Virus record (IMG/VR): IMGVR_UViG_2648501392_000008
Length of the DNA stretch: 15,547 nt
Reading direction: 5' to 3' (one strand)
From: a virus
Lineage: Duplodnaviria > Heunggongvirae > Uroviricota > Caudoviricetes
Position numbers and translations under genes: made by a program
Notes under the pieces: model-generated
Seen by the model: the letters and a program-made list of their open reading frames with translations, nothing else
Database searches by the model: none
Told to the model about the DNA's origin: nothing
In this document: in pieces, positions 7,400 to 14,744 of the stretch
Numbering within the stretch: the stretch's first letter is position 1
Layout: every line of letters begins with the position of its first letter

Positions 7400-8052
7400 T
7401 GAGTAATAAATATTGCCAGGCGCTGGTAGAACTGCGGAACAAACCAGCCCATGAACTGAAGGAAGTGGGCGATCAGTGGCGCACGCCGGACAACATTTTC
7501 TGGGGAATTAACACCTTGTTTGGTCCGTTTGTTCTGGATCTGTTCACTGACGGTGATAACGCCAAATGTGCCGCGTATTACACGGCGGAAGACAACGCGC
7601 TGGCGCATGACTGGTCAGAACGTCTTGCGGAGCTTAAAGGTGCTGCCTTTGGTAATCCCCCATACAGCCGCGCCAGTCAGCATGAGGGGCAATACATCAC
7701 CGGCATGCGTTACATCATGAAACATGCCAGTGCCATGCGTGATAAGGGCGGGCGCTATGTTTTCCTGATCAAAGCGGCCACCAGCGAAGTGTGGTGGCCG
7801 GAAGATGCAGATCATATTGCTTTTATTCGCGGGCGTATTGGTTTTGAACTGCCAGCCTGGTTTATCCCGAAAGACGAAAAGCAGGTGCCAACAGGTGCTT
7901 TCTTCGCTGGTGCTATTGCTGTTTTCGACAAGACCTGGAAGGGAGCGGCAATCAGCTACATCGGGCGCGATGAACTTGAGGCATGTGGTGAGGCGTTTCT
8001 GGCGCAGGTTCGCCAGCAGGCGGAAAAACTGGTCAGGGAGATGGCGGCATGA
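7399..8052 (+). CDS. Phage Dam-type N6-adenine DNA methyltransferase
   Basis: WRTPDNIF...LDLFTDGDNAKCAAYYTAEDNALAHDW...AFGNPPYS: the NPPY catalytic motif and flanking pattern are characteristic of the phage Dam family. ATG 7399 is preferred to the GTG at 7354 because of the SD. Confidence 0.85.
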   Translation: MSNKYCQALVELRNKPAHELKEVGDQWRTPDNIFWGINTLFGPFVLDLFTDGDNAKCAAYYTAEDNALAHDWSERLAELKGAAFGNPPYSRASQHEGQYITGMRYIMKHASAMRDKGGRYVFLIKAATSEVWWPEDADHIAFIRGRIGFELPAWFIPKDEKQVPTGAFFAGAIAVFDKTWKGAAISYIGRDELEACGEAFLAQVRQQAEKLVREMAA

Positions 8053-8375
8053 CGACATTAACTCAATGCCAGCAGCAGGTGCTGGATATGCTGATTTCTT
8101 ATCAGAAAGAACGTGGCTTCCCGCCAACCAATCAGGAGGTGGCAACCATGCTGGGATACCGTTCGGTGAATGCAGCGGTGGAGCATCTTCGCGCACTGGA
8201 GAAAAAAGGTGTCATCACGATAAAGCGTGGCGTGGCCCGGGGTATCACTCTTCATACCGCGGTGAAGGACGACGACAGCGAGGCGGTCGGGATTATCCGC
8301 GCCCTGCTTGCCGGTGAGGCAAACGCCAGGCTGCGTGCAGCCCACTGGTTACATGAGAGGGGCCTGAAAGTATGA
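8049..8375 (+). CDS. LexA N-terminal DNA-binding-domain protein lacking the S24 peptidase domain
   Basis: MTTLTQCQQQVLDMLISYQKERGFPPTNQEVATMLGYRSVNAAVEHLRALEKKGVITIKRGVARGI aligns by eye with the LexA N-terminus (LTARQQEVFDLI...[36 protein letters not shown], recalled); only 108 aa, with no Ser/Lys peptidase region. Confidence 0.7.
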   Translation: MTTLTQCQQQVLDMLISYQKERGFPPTNQEVATMLGYRSVNAAVEHLRALEKKGVITIKRGVARGITLHTAVKDDDSEAVGIIRALLAGEANARLRAAHWLHERGLKV

Positions 8376-8767
8376 AGCTAATACTGCCTTTTCCGCCCAG
8401 CGTGAACACGTACTGGCGACACCCCAACAAAGGGGCGTTTGCTGGTAAGAGCCTGATAAGCGCGGCGGGGCGAAAATTCCAGAGCGCGGCGTGTGCAGCA
8501 ATAGTTGAGCAGTTACGTCGTCTGCCGAAACCAACGTCGGCACCTGCTTCAGTGGAGATCGTGTTGTTTCCTCCGGATAACCGGATCCGCGATCTGGACA
8601 ACTATAACAAGGCGCTGTTTGACGCCCTGACCCACGCGGGTGTGTGGGAAGACGACAGACAGGTGAAAAGAATGCTGGTGGAGTGGGGACCGGTTATCCC
8701 GGAGGGGAAGGTCGAGATCACTATCAGTAAGTACGAAAAAGCGAGTTGCAAATTAGCAACTCGGTAA
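8372..8767 (+). CDS. rusA: RusA Holliday-junction resolvase
   Basis: LPFPPSVNTYWRH...RDLDNYNKALFDALTHAGVWEDDRQV matches RusA conserved blocks; ATGA coupling with the upstream gene. Confidence 0.85.
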   Translation: MKLILPFPPSVNTYWRHPNKGAFAGKSLISAAGRKFQSAACAAIVEQLRRLPKPTSAPASVEIVLFPPDNRIRDLDNYNKALFDALTHAGVWEDDRQVKRMLVEWGPVIPEGKVEITISKYEKASCKLATR

Positions 8768-8929
8768 CGGAATTGAGCAACACCCTAAATTTGGGTATTA
8801 CCTCGTTAAAGATACTGTATTTATGAACAGTGTATCCTTGATAACTATTAAAAATCGCAGTAAGTTCATCCTGCATCAACGAAAAGGGAGTGCAGTCCCG
8901 CTCGTGGATAAAAATTTGTGGAGAAACCA

Positions 8930-9745
8930 ATGAATCAGTTGCTTGTAATTGATGGCGTTTCTGTGCGCCAGTACTTCGAATCTAACTACTGTCTTAACGA
9001 CCTTCAGAAAGCTGCTCTTCTTGCCGCTGGTGAGAATCGCTCCTCCCGTTCGCTGGAAGTTCACGAGTTTATGCGTCGTCCTGAAACGAAGGCTCTTGTG
9101 GAATTATTGGAAGAAGAAACTACGGGAGATTCCCGTAGTATTCCTGTCATCACCATTCAGGGGCGCAATGGTGGGACGTATGTCTGTAAAGAGCTGGTCT
9201 ATGCATATGCAATGTGGATCAGCCCGGCATTCAGCTTAAAAGTGATACGTACTTTTGATGCGCTTCATAATTCATCACCAGAAGAAACCACATCCGACAA
9301 AATTAAATCCGGGGTCATTCTGCTTGAATCAGCAGCAAAGACTCTAAATCTGTCAAACTCCTCGAAACTTGGTGCATACCAGAAATTATCAAAGGTAGCT
9401 GGTCTTCCTGAACTTATGCCGATCTATGCCATTGATGCACCTGCTGATGCGCCAGATGGTTCAAGCCGCCCTACGCTGTCGCTGAGTGCACTGCTGAAGC
9501 AGTATGGTATCCGCCTGACGGCTAATCAGGCATATCACCAGATGGCGAAGCTGGGGATCGTTGAACAACGCGAACGATACAGCCGTACCGCGATTAACAA
9601 CATCAAAAAATTCTGGTCGCTGACAGCGAAAGGTTGCATGTTCGGCAAGAACATCACCAGTCCCGCAAATCCGCGCGAGACGCAGCCGCATTTCTTCGAA
9701 TCCCGATTCCCTGAGCTGTTAAAGCTGCTCGATACCGTTCATTGA
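8930..9745 (+). CDS. KilA-N domain protein (antirepressor-like)
   Basis: ATG 8930 with GGAG SD; the N-terminal region (IDGVSVRQYF...IQGRNGGTYVCKELVYAYAMWISPAFSLKVIRTF) is a KilA-N fold signature; the C-terminal half resembles antirepressor C-terminal regions. Confidence 0.7.
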   Translation: MNQLLVIDGVSVRQYFESNYCLNDLQKAALLAAGENRSSRSLEVHEFMRRPETKALVELLEEETTGDSRSIPVITIQGRNGGTYVCKELVYAYAMWISPAFSLKVIRTFDALHNSSPEETTSDKIKSGVILLESAAKTLNLSNSSKLGAYQKLSKVAGLPELMPIYAIDAPADAPDGSSRPTLSLSALLKQYGIRLTANQAYHQMAKLGIVEQRERYSRTAINNIKKFWSLTAKGCMFGKNITSPANPRETQPHFFESRFPELLKLLDTVH

Positions 9746-9746
9746 G

Positions 9747-10742
9747 GTGACCGTGAGAGCACTACTGACCCCTGAAATTGCCCCGCGTATGGGGATCGTA
9801 TTGTTCAGACCCGGTTCAGAGCTGATGCCCCTGTTTATGCAGGGGCGTGTCCTGCTGGAGCCTGAGCCGGAACGTTATTCATCTTTTGCCAGTGGTGCCG
9901 TTCCGGCAGCATCACAACCGCTGGCGGATGATCCTGCCGTTCGGGTCGTGTTCCGCAATGAGGCAGTGATCCGTCGTGCTGGTGGCGTGGAATGTCTTGA
10001 AAGCTGGTTACTTCGTGAAAAAGGTTGCCAGTGGCCTCATTCCGACTGGCACAGCGAGAACATGACCACAATGCGACACGCGCCGGGCGCAATCCGTCTG
10101 TGCTGGCACTGCGATAACCAGCTGCGCGATCAGTTCACGGAACGGCTGGAATCAATGGCAACGGATAACTGTGCCCGCTGGGTGTTGTCTGTTGTGCGTC
10201 GGGATCTCGGTTTTGATGACAGTCACGTTGTGACAATGCCGGAACTGTGCTGGTGGCTGGTTCGTAATGATCTGGCGGATGCCTTACCGGAAAGTGCAGC
10301 CCGTAAGGCACTGAGATTACCGAAGCCTGTTGTGCCGTCTGTCACCCGGGAGAGTGACCTTGTGCCTTCGGTTCCGGCCACCAGCATCATCCAGAATAAA
10401 GCGAAAAAGGTGCTGGCGCTGAAAGTGGATCCGGAGTCGCCGGAGTCTTTTATGTTACGCCCAAAACGTCGCCGCTGGGTTAACGAAAAGTACACGCGCT
10501 GGGTTAAGACGCAGCCGTGTGCATGTTGTGGAAAGCCTGCTGATGATCCCCACCACCTGATAGGCCACGGTCAGGGGGGAATGGGTACAAAAGCGCATGA
10601 CCTCTTCGTGCTGCCTTTGTGCAGAAAGCATCACGACGAGCTGCATGCGGATACCGTGGCATTTGAAGAGAAGTATGGCTCCCAGCTGGAGCTGATATTT
10701 CGTTTTATCGATCGTGCGCTGGCAATAGGCGTGCTGGCCTGA
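9747..10742 (+). CDS. DUF968-family prophage protein (YdfU-like) with a C-terminal Cys/His HNH-like motif
   Basis: C-terminal CACCGKPADDPHHLIGHGQGG...LCRKHHDELH; position between KilA-N/RusA and Q is typical. Start uncertain (GTG 9747 or GTG 9753 with a GAGGTG SD). Confidence 0.6.
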   Translation: MTVRALLTPEIAPRMGIVLFRPGSELMPLFMQGRVLLEPEPERYSSFASGAVPAASQPLADDPAVRVVFRNEAVIRRAGGVECLESWLLREKGCQWPHSDWHSENMTTMRHAPGAIRLCWHCDNQLRDQFTERLESMATDNCARWVLSVVRRDLGFDDSHVVTMPELCWWLVRNDLADALPESAARKALRLPKPVVPSVTRESDLVPSVPATSIIQNKAKKVLALKVDPESPESFMLRPKRRRWVNEKYTRWVKTQPCACCGKPADDPHHLIGHGQGGMGTKAHDLFVLPLCRKHHDELHADTVAFEEKYGSQLELIFRFIDRALAIGVLA

Positions 10743-10759
10743 TTTTGTGGAGAAAGTTG

Positions 10760-11131
10760 ATGCGTGATATTCAAATGGTTCTTGAACGTTGGGGGGCATG
10801 GGTGGCAAATAATCACGAGGATGTGGAATGGTCATCTGTTGCTGCAGGTTTTAAGGGATTAATTCCTTCGAAAGTAAAATCCCGCCCGCAATGTAGCGAT
10901 GACGATGGCCTGATCATTAGCTCTGCGATGACAGTTCTTAAGAAAAAGGAACCGTATCAATACGAATTACTGGAAATGTATTATGTGTATGGGGTTACAT
11001 TACGGGTGTTGGGGGTAAAACTGGGGATATCACTTAATCAGGTTGTTATCAGACTGCAGAAAGCTGAAGGGTTTATTGACGGTTGTCTGGCAATGTTGGG
11101 GGTATCTTTAGAAATTGATTGTTACATATAG
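10760..11131 (+). CDS. Late-gene antiterminator Q (QuuD/phage-21 type)
   Basis: ATG 10760 with GGAGAAAG SD; the N-terminus MRDIQMVLERWGAWVANNHEDVEWSS matches the recalled N-terminus of DLP12 QuuD. Confidence 0.8.
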   Translation: MRDIQMVLERWGAWVANNHEDVEWSSVAAGFKGLIPSKVKSRPQCSDDDGLIISSAMTVLKKKEPYQYELLEMYYVYGVTLRVLGVKLGISLNQVVIRLQKAEGFIDGCLAMLGVSLEIDCYI

Positions 11132-11168
11132 TAATAAATTCAATCAAAGTAAATAATCATATTTTATT

Positions 11169-11205
11169 ATAACCTCCTGATGATACCTGTTCATTGGGAG
11201 GTTAT
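11169..11205 (+). promoter_or_regulatory. 9-bp inverted repeat (ataacctcc ... ggaggttat) that would sequester the SD of the downstream 205-aa gene
   Basis: Perfect 9-bp arms at 11169-11177 and 11197-11205 with a 19-nt loop; the right arm contains GGAGG 5 nt before ATG 11207. Confidence 0.35.
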
Positions 11206-11206
11206 T

Positions 11207-11824
11207 ATGGATAAAAATGTAGAGCATGTATTAGTTGATGCAATTGAAAATAAGCAATCTTTAACAGTCGTTTACTTAGGAGGGAGCCAGCCCGGAACAT
11301 TAAGGAATATTTCTCCGATTAGTATAAATGGGGATAAATTGCGGGCAAGATGCCATAGTTCTGGAGCAGTAAAGGTTTTCAATCTTGGGAAAATACAGTT
11401 ACCCAGTGACTCCTGCGCGGTATCTATGCACTATGGAGATTTAGAAGTTAAAGCTTATGAGACGATGCAGAGCGTAAATGACAACTTTCATGCCCTTTAT
11501 CCTGAAGGACGATGGGGTGTTGATTTTAATGAGCATCGCTTTGCTTTATTTGATTTTTTTAAAAACGGGAAACGAAAAAAAACGGCATTTATGGCAATTG
11601 AGTTCAGGGAAAGAGATGAAGAGAAAATAATAACAGGTGTAACAATTGATATTGGTATATCTGGAACAGTGATTTCTGAGAAGTCCCGAATCCCAAAAAG
11701 ACGACCATGGGTAGTGGTTGGTCCCGAACACGGAGAATACAGTACTTATTCAACTTTGGACAAGGCTGCTACAGCGTTTTTTGAGAGGCTTTCGTTGATA
11801 GCATCCGGCCTGGAAGATAATTGA
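11207..11824 (+). CDS. Uncharacterised cargo (moron) protein, 205 aa, with a WYL-like N-terminal region
   Basis: Strong SD (GGGAGG) before ATG 11207; AT-rich codon usage unlike the flanking phage genes; followed by an intrinsic terminator. The N-terminal block SLTVVYLGGSQPGTLRNISPISINGDKLRARCHSSGAVKVFNLGKI fits the WYL-domain pattern by eye. No other domain recognised. Confidence 0.55.
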   Translation: MDKNVEHVLVDAIENKQSLTVVYLGGSQPGTLRNISPISINGDKLRARCHSSGAVKVFNLGKIQLPSDSCAVSMHYGDLEVKAYETMQSVNDNFHALYPEGRWGVDFNEHRFALFDFFKNGKRKKTAFMAIEFRERDEEKIITGVTIDIGISGTVISEKSRIPKRRPWVVVGPEHGEYSTYSTLDKAATAFFERLSLIASGLEDN

Positions 11825-11953
11825 TTTTATGTTTGGTATTCAGAGTTCGCCGTGCTTAAGAAAGTCAAGATTCTAAAAATACTGAATGAGCTACTTGTGT
11901 TATAACAAAAATGCTATTAGTGTGTTAAGAGTGGTTACTTCGCCACACAACTT

Positions 11954-11978
11954 AAACCCGCCACTGAGCGGGTTTTTT
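11954..11978 (+). terminator. Rho-independent terminator after the 205-aa gene
   Basis: aaacccgc-cactga-gcgggttttttg: 5-8 bp GC stem, 6-nt loop, 6-T run. Confidence 0.7.
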
Positions 11979-12076
11979 GTACCTGTAAACTTGGTGCAGT
12001 ACAGTAAACACGCTGGTGGTCGTGAATACTGACTTTTTATCTTGCTGGCTTTTTAGACAAGAGTTATTGGTATGTC

Positions 12077-12298
12077 ATGTTAACCAGAAGGGAAAAAGAC
12101 ATGCTAAAACAGCAAGATATGACCGAAACCGCCAGAGTGGTGTTTAATGAATTGAGCGTCACCGAACCGGCGACAGTCGGGGAGATTGCGCAGAATACTT
12201 ACCTTTCACGCGAACGCTGCCAGTTAATACTGACCCAGCTGGTTATGGCGGGTCTGGCAGACTATCAGTTCGGTTGTTACAGACGCCTTCCGCAGTGA
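12077..12298 (+). CDS. Small putative winged-helix/HTH DNA-binding protein (73 aa; alternative start at 12101)
   Basis: ORF ending inside an intrinsic terminator; ATVGEIAQNTYLSRERCQLILTQLVMAGLADY resembles a wHTH recognition region. Best SD (AGAAGGGA) precedes the ATG at 12101. Confidence 0.45.
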   Translation: MLTRREKDMLKQQDMTETARVVFNELSVTEPATVGEIAQNTYLSRERCQLILTQLVMAGLADYQFGCYRRLPQ

Positions 12299-12308
12299 AG
12301 GCTTTTTT
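12285..12308 (+). terminator. Rho-independent terminator overlapping the stop codon of the small HTH gene
   Basis: gccttc-cgcagt-gaaggc followed by tttttt; the TGA stop lies at the loop/stem junction. Confidence 0.65.
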
Positions 12309-12448
12309 ATTTGTGGTAAATGGGCGGTTGGTGGGTGTTAGGGGCACCCACCAGCCATCTGCTCATGCGTTGGGTTCACAAGCAAACCTCAGGCCCACTG
12401 CTTTGCGCAAAAGCAGAATGAGCCTATCAGAGACAGGCTTAATGATCC

Positions 12449-13525
12449 ATGCTTAATACTGTAAAAATATCCAGTTGTGAGTTAATCAACGCCGACTGCC
12501 TGGAATTTATCCGGTCGTTACCCGAAAATTCTGTTGACCTGATAGTCACGGACCCGCCGTACTTTAAAGTGAAGCCTGAGGGCTGGGATAACCAGTGGAA
12601 GGGCGACGATGATTACCTGAAGTGGCTGGACCAGTGTCTGGCGCAGTTCTGGCGGGTGCTGAAACCTGCCGGAAGTCTTTACCTGTTCTGTGGTCATCGC
12701 CTGGCATCTGATATCGAAATCATGATGCGTGAACGCTTCAGTGTGCTGAACCATATTATCTGGGCGAAGCCGTCCGGACGCTGGAACGGGTGCAACAAGG
12801 AAAGCCTGCGGGCGTATTTTCCGGCCACAGAACGCATTCTGTTCGCGGAACATTATCAGGGGCCGTATCGTCCGAAAGATGATGGCGATGAGGCGAAGGG
12901 CAGGGCACTGAAACAGCATGTGATGGCCCCGCTGATTTCTTACTTTCGTGATGCGCGTGCTGCTCTTGGGATAACGGCAAAACAGATTGCAGATGCCACA
13001 GGAAAGAAAAACATGGTGTCGCACTGGTTCAGTGCCAGTCAGTGGCAGCTACCGAACGAAAGCGATTATCTGAAATTACAGTCGCTGTTTGCCCGGGTGG
13101 CAGAAGAGAAACATCAGCGGGGAGAACTGGAAAAGTCCCATTACCAACTGGTCAGCACATACAGTGAGCTGAACCGGCAGTATATGGAACTGCTGAGTGA
13201 ATATAAAAATTTGCGGCGGTATTTCGGTGTGACGGTGCAGGTGCCGTACACCGATGTGTGGACGCATAAACCGGTGCAGTACTATCCAGGGAAACATCCG
13301 TGCGAAAAACCGGCAGAAATGCTGCGGCAGATAATCTGCGCGAGCAGTCGTCCGGGTGACCTGGTGGCGGATTTTTTCATGGGTTCTGGCTCAACCATAA
13401 AAGCAGCTATGGCGCTCGGGCGTCGTGCAACTGGTGTTGAACTGGAGGCAGAACGTTTTGCGCAGACCGTTAAGGAGATTAGTCACATCCTTACATGCTC
13501 AATTGATGACGGGAAGGATGGATAA
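12449..13525 (+). CDS. Beta-class N6-adenine/N4-cytosine DNA methyltransferase (YhdJ-like), apparently an orphan
   Basis: SVDLIVTDPPYF (motif IV) at the N-terminus and DLVADFFMGSGSTIKAAMALGRRATGVE (motif I, FxGxG) near the C-terminus, i.e. the beta-class permuted order as in E. coli YhdJ. No restriction endonuclease gene is adjacent. Confidence 0.85.
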   Translation: MLNTVKISSCELINADCLEFIRSLPENSVDLIVTDPPYFKVKPEGWDNQWKGDDDYLKWLDQCLAQFWRVLKPAGSLYLFCGHRLASDIEIMMRERFSVLNHIIWAKPSGRWNGCNKESLRAYFPATERILFAEHYQGPYRPKDDGDEAKGRALKQHVMAPLISYFRDARAALGITAKQIADATGKKNMVSHWFSASQWQLPNESDYLKLQSLFARVAEEKHQRGELEKSHYQLVSTYSELNRQYMELLSEYKNLRRYFGVTVQVPYTDVWTHKPVQYYPGKHPCEKPAEMLRQIICASSRPGDLVADFFMGSGSTIKAAMALGRRATGVELEAERFAQTVKEISHILTCSIDDGKDG

Positions 13526-14744
13526 AGATATGGTCAGTTCAGGCTGTGAAGCAAGTAGACAGATAAGGCTGCAATAAAAACTGACAATAGTAAAATAGCT
13601 TTTTCCCAGGTAGTCATGAATACGATCTCTTAAAGCGCCCGCTGATACCAGCGGGCAATACATACTGGCATTAATGTTAAGTTCAGGGATAATTCATCGT
13701 ATTTTGTGGTACGACGCTATCAATATTAATAAACAGTATTTTTCATGTAAAATTTCTGTTTTTTTGATCTGATTCTCGTTTCCTGGGTTATGATGTTGTT
13801 GTGAACCATGCTGTTGAATGATAATGTTCGGGTATAAAATTGTTGCTGATATGTAGCGCAGTGAGCGGGTGGTATTTCTGTTGCTGAGTGTACGGATACA
13901 GTGCTTCCCTCCCTCAGCGGGGGGCAGGTGTGCTGTGGTTTTAGAGACACCGGAAACGAGAATGATGCGGGTTTGCTGGTGCCGGGATAGAGTCGCCGGA
14001 GGTCATGACATAGAGCAAAAAAGGAATGTGCATGCAAATACACACCTCTTCGGAGAGCTCTTCTTTATATGGATGAGCCTCAAGGTCAATAGTTTATCTG
14101 TTATGTATTCATATGTTGTTACTTATATAATCCATACGGGCATATCATCAGTACACACATACTATTATGGCATTTTATTTTTGTTTTAACTGAATTCCCG
14201 GGGCACTCTTTTTGATTTCTGATAAGGAACCAGAATTTTCTGTTAAATGGTGTCACGTTGTAAATGGTTAATGGAAGCAGCTTATTATCCATAATCACAC
14301 CTGAGTTAACAGGTGTGAGAATACTTCCGGGTGGCAGGAACACATCTGACTGATACCAGATTATCAACTTTATTTTACACCATACAGTTGAAAACGTTAT
14401 TCCGCTTGATGGGCATATCACTGTGTCAATAACTATCCATTCCATCTTTTAACCTTCTCGGTACACATTGCTTTCGATTGTTTTGCTAAAAATCATAGTC
14501 AATAAATCAGTGTAACTCATTGATAAAGATCGTTTTCTTTGTCTTCCTGGGGTTTTCTTTTCTAATTTTGTATCACTTTGGTTCAAGTTGTTTCATTTTT
14601 TGTAATACAAATTAGCAGGATGAGCGGGAATATAAAAAAATCGGATGTTTTTGTAATGGATATTATTTTTTGTAAAATAATGTATTTTTATTTAAATCTC
14701 TATCAGAAAAGAATTTATTGTTCCTTTATATGGTGGAAAAGGTC

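Noticed and set aside
7615-8601. Minus-strand ORFs 7615..8196, 8058..8345, 8293..8601 and plus-strand 7805..8317
   Set aside because: Antisense or off-frame to the Dam, LexA-like and RusA genes, which have clear domain signatures; Arg/Pro/Gly-rich shadow composition.
12300-12448. Possible tRNA or small RNA gene (tRNAs occur after Q in Stx phages)
   Set aside because: No cloverleaf could be assembled and there is no GTTCRANYC T-loop with a matching stem; the structures present are simple hairpins and palindromes.
12274-12456. ORF 12274..12456 (+), 60 aa
   Set aside because: Spans an intrinsic terminator and a strong hairpin, overlaps the methyltransferase start, and has no SD; most likely non-coding leader.
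13726-14445. ORFs 13726..14043 (-), 13869..14189 (+), 14119..14445 (-) in the AT-rich region
   Set aside because: No SD, Cys/His/Trp/Phe-rich junk-like composition, mutually overlapping; consistent with chance ORFs.
11132-14744. Shiga toxin genes (stxA/stxB) in the Q to nanS-p slot
   Set aside because: No ORF with an A-subunit (about 315 aa) or B-subunit (about 89 aa, signal peptide) profile is present; the slot is occupied by the unknown protein, HTH and methyltransferase genes.
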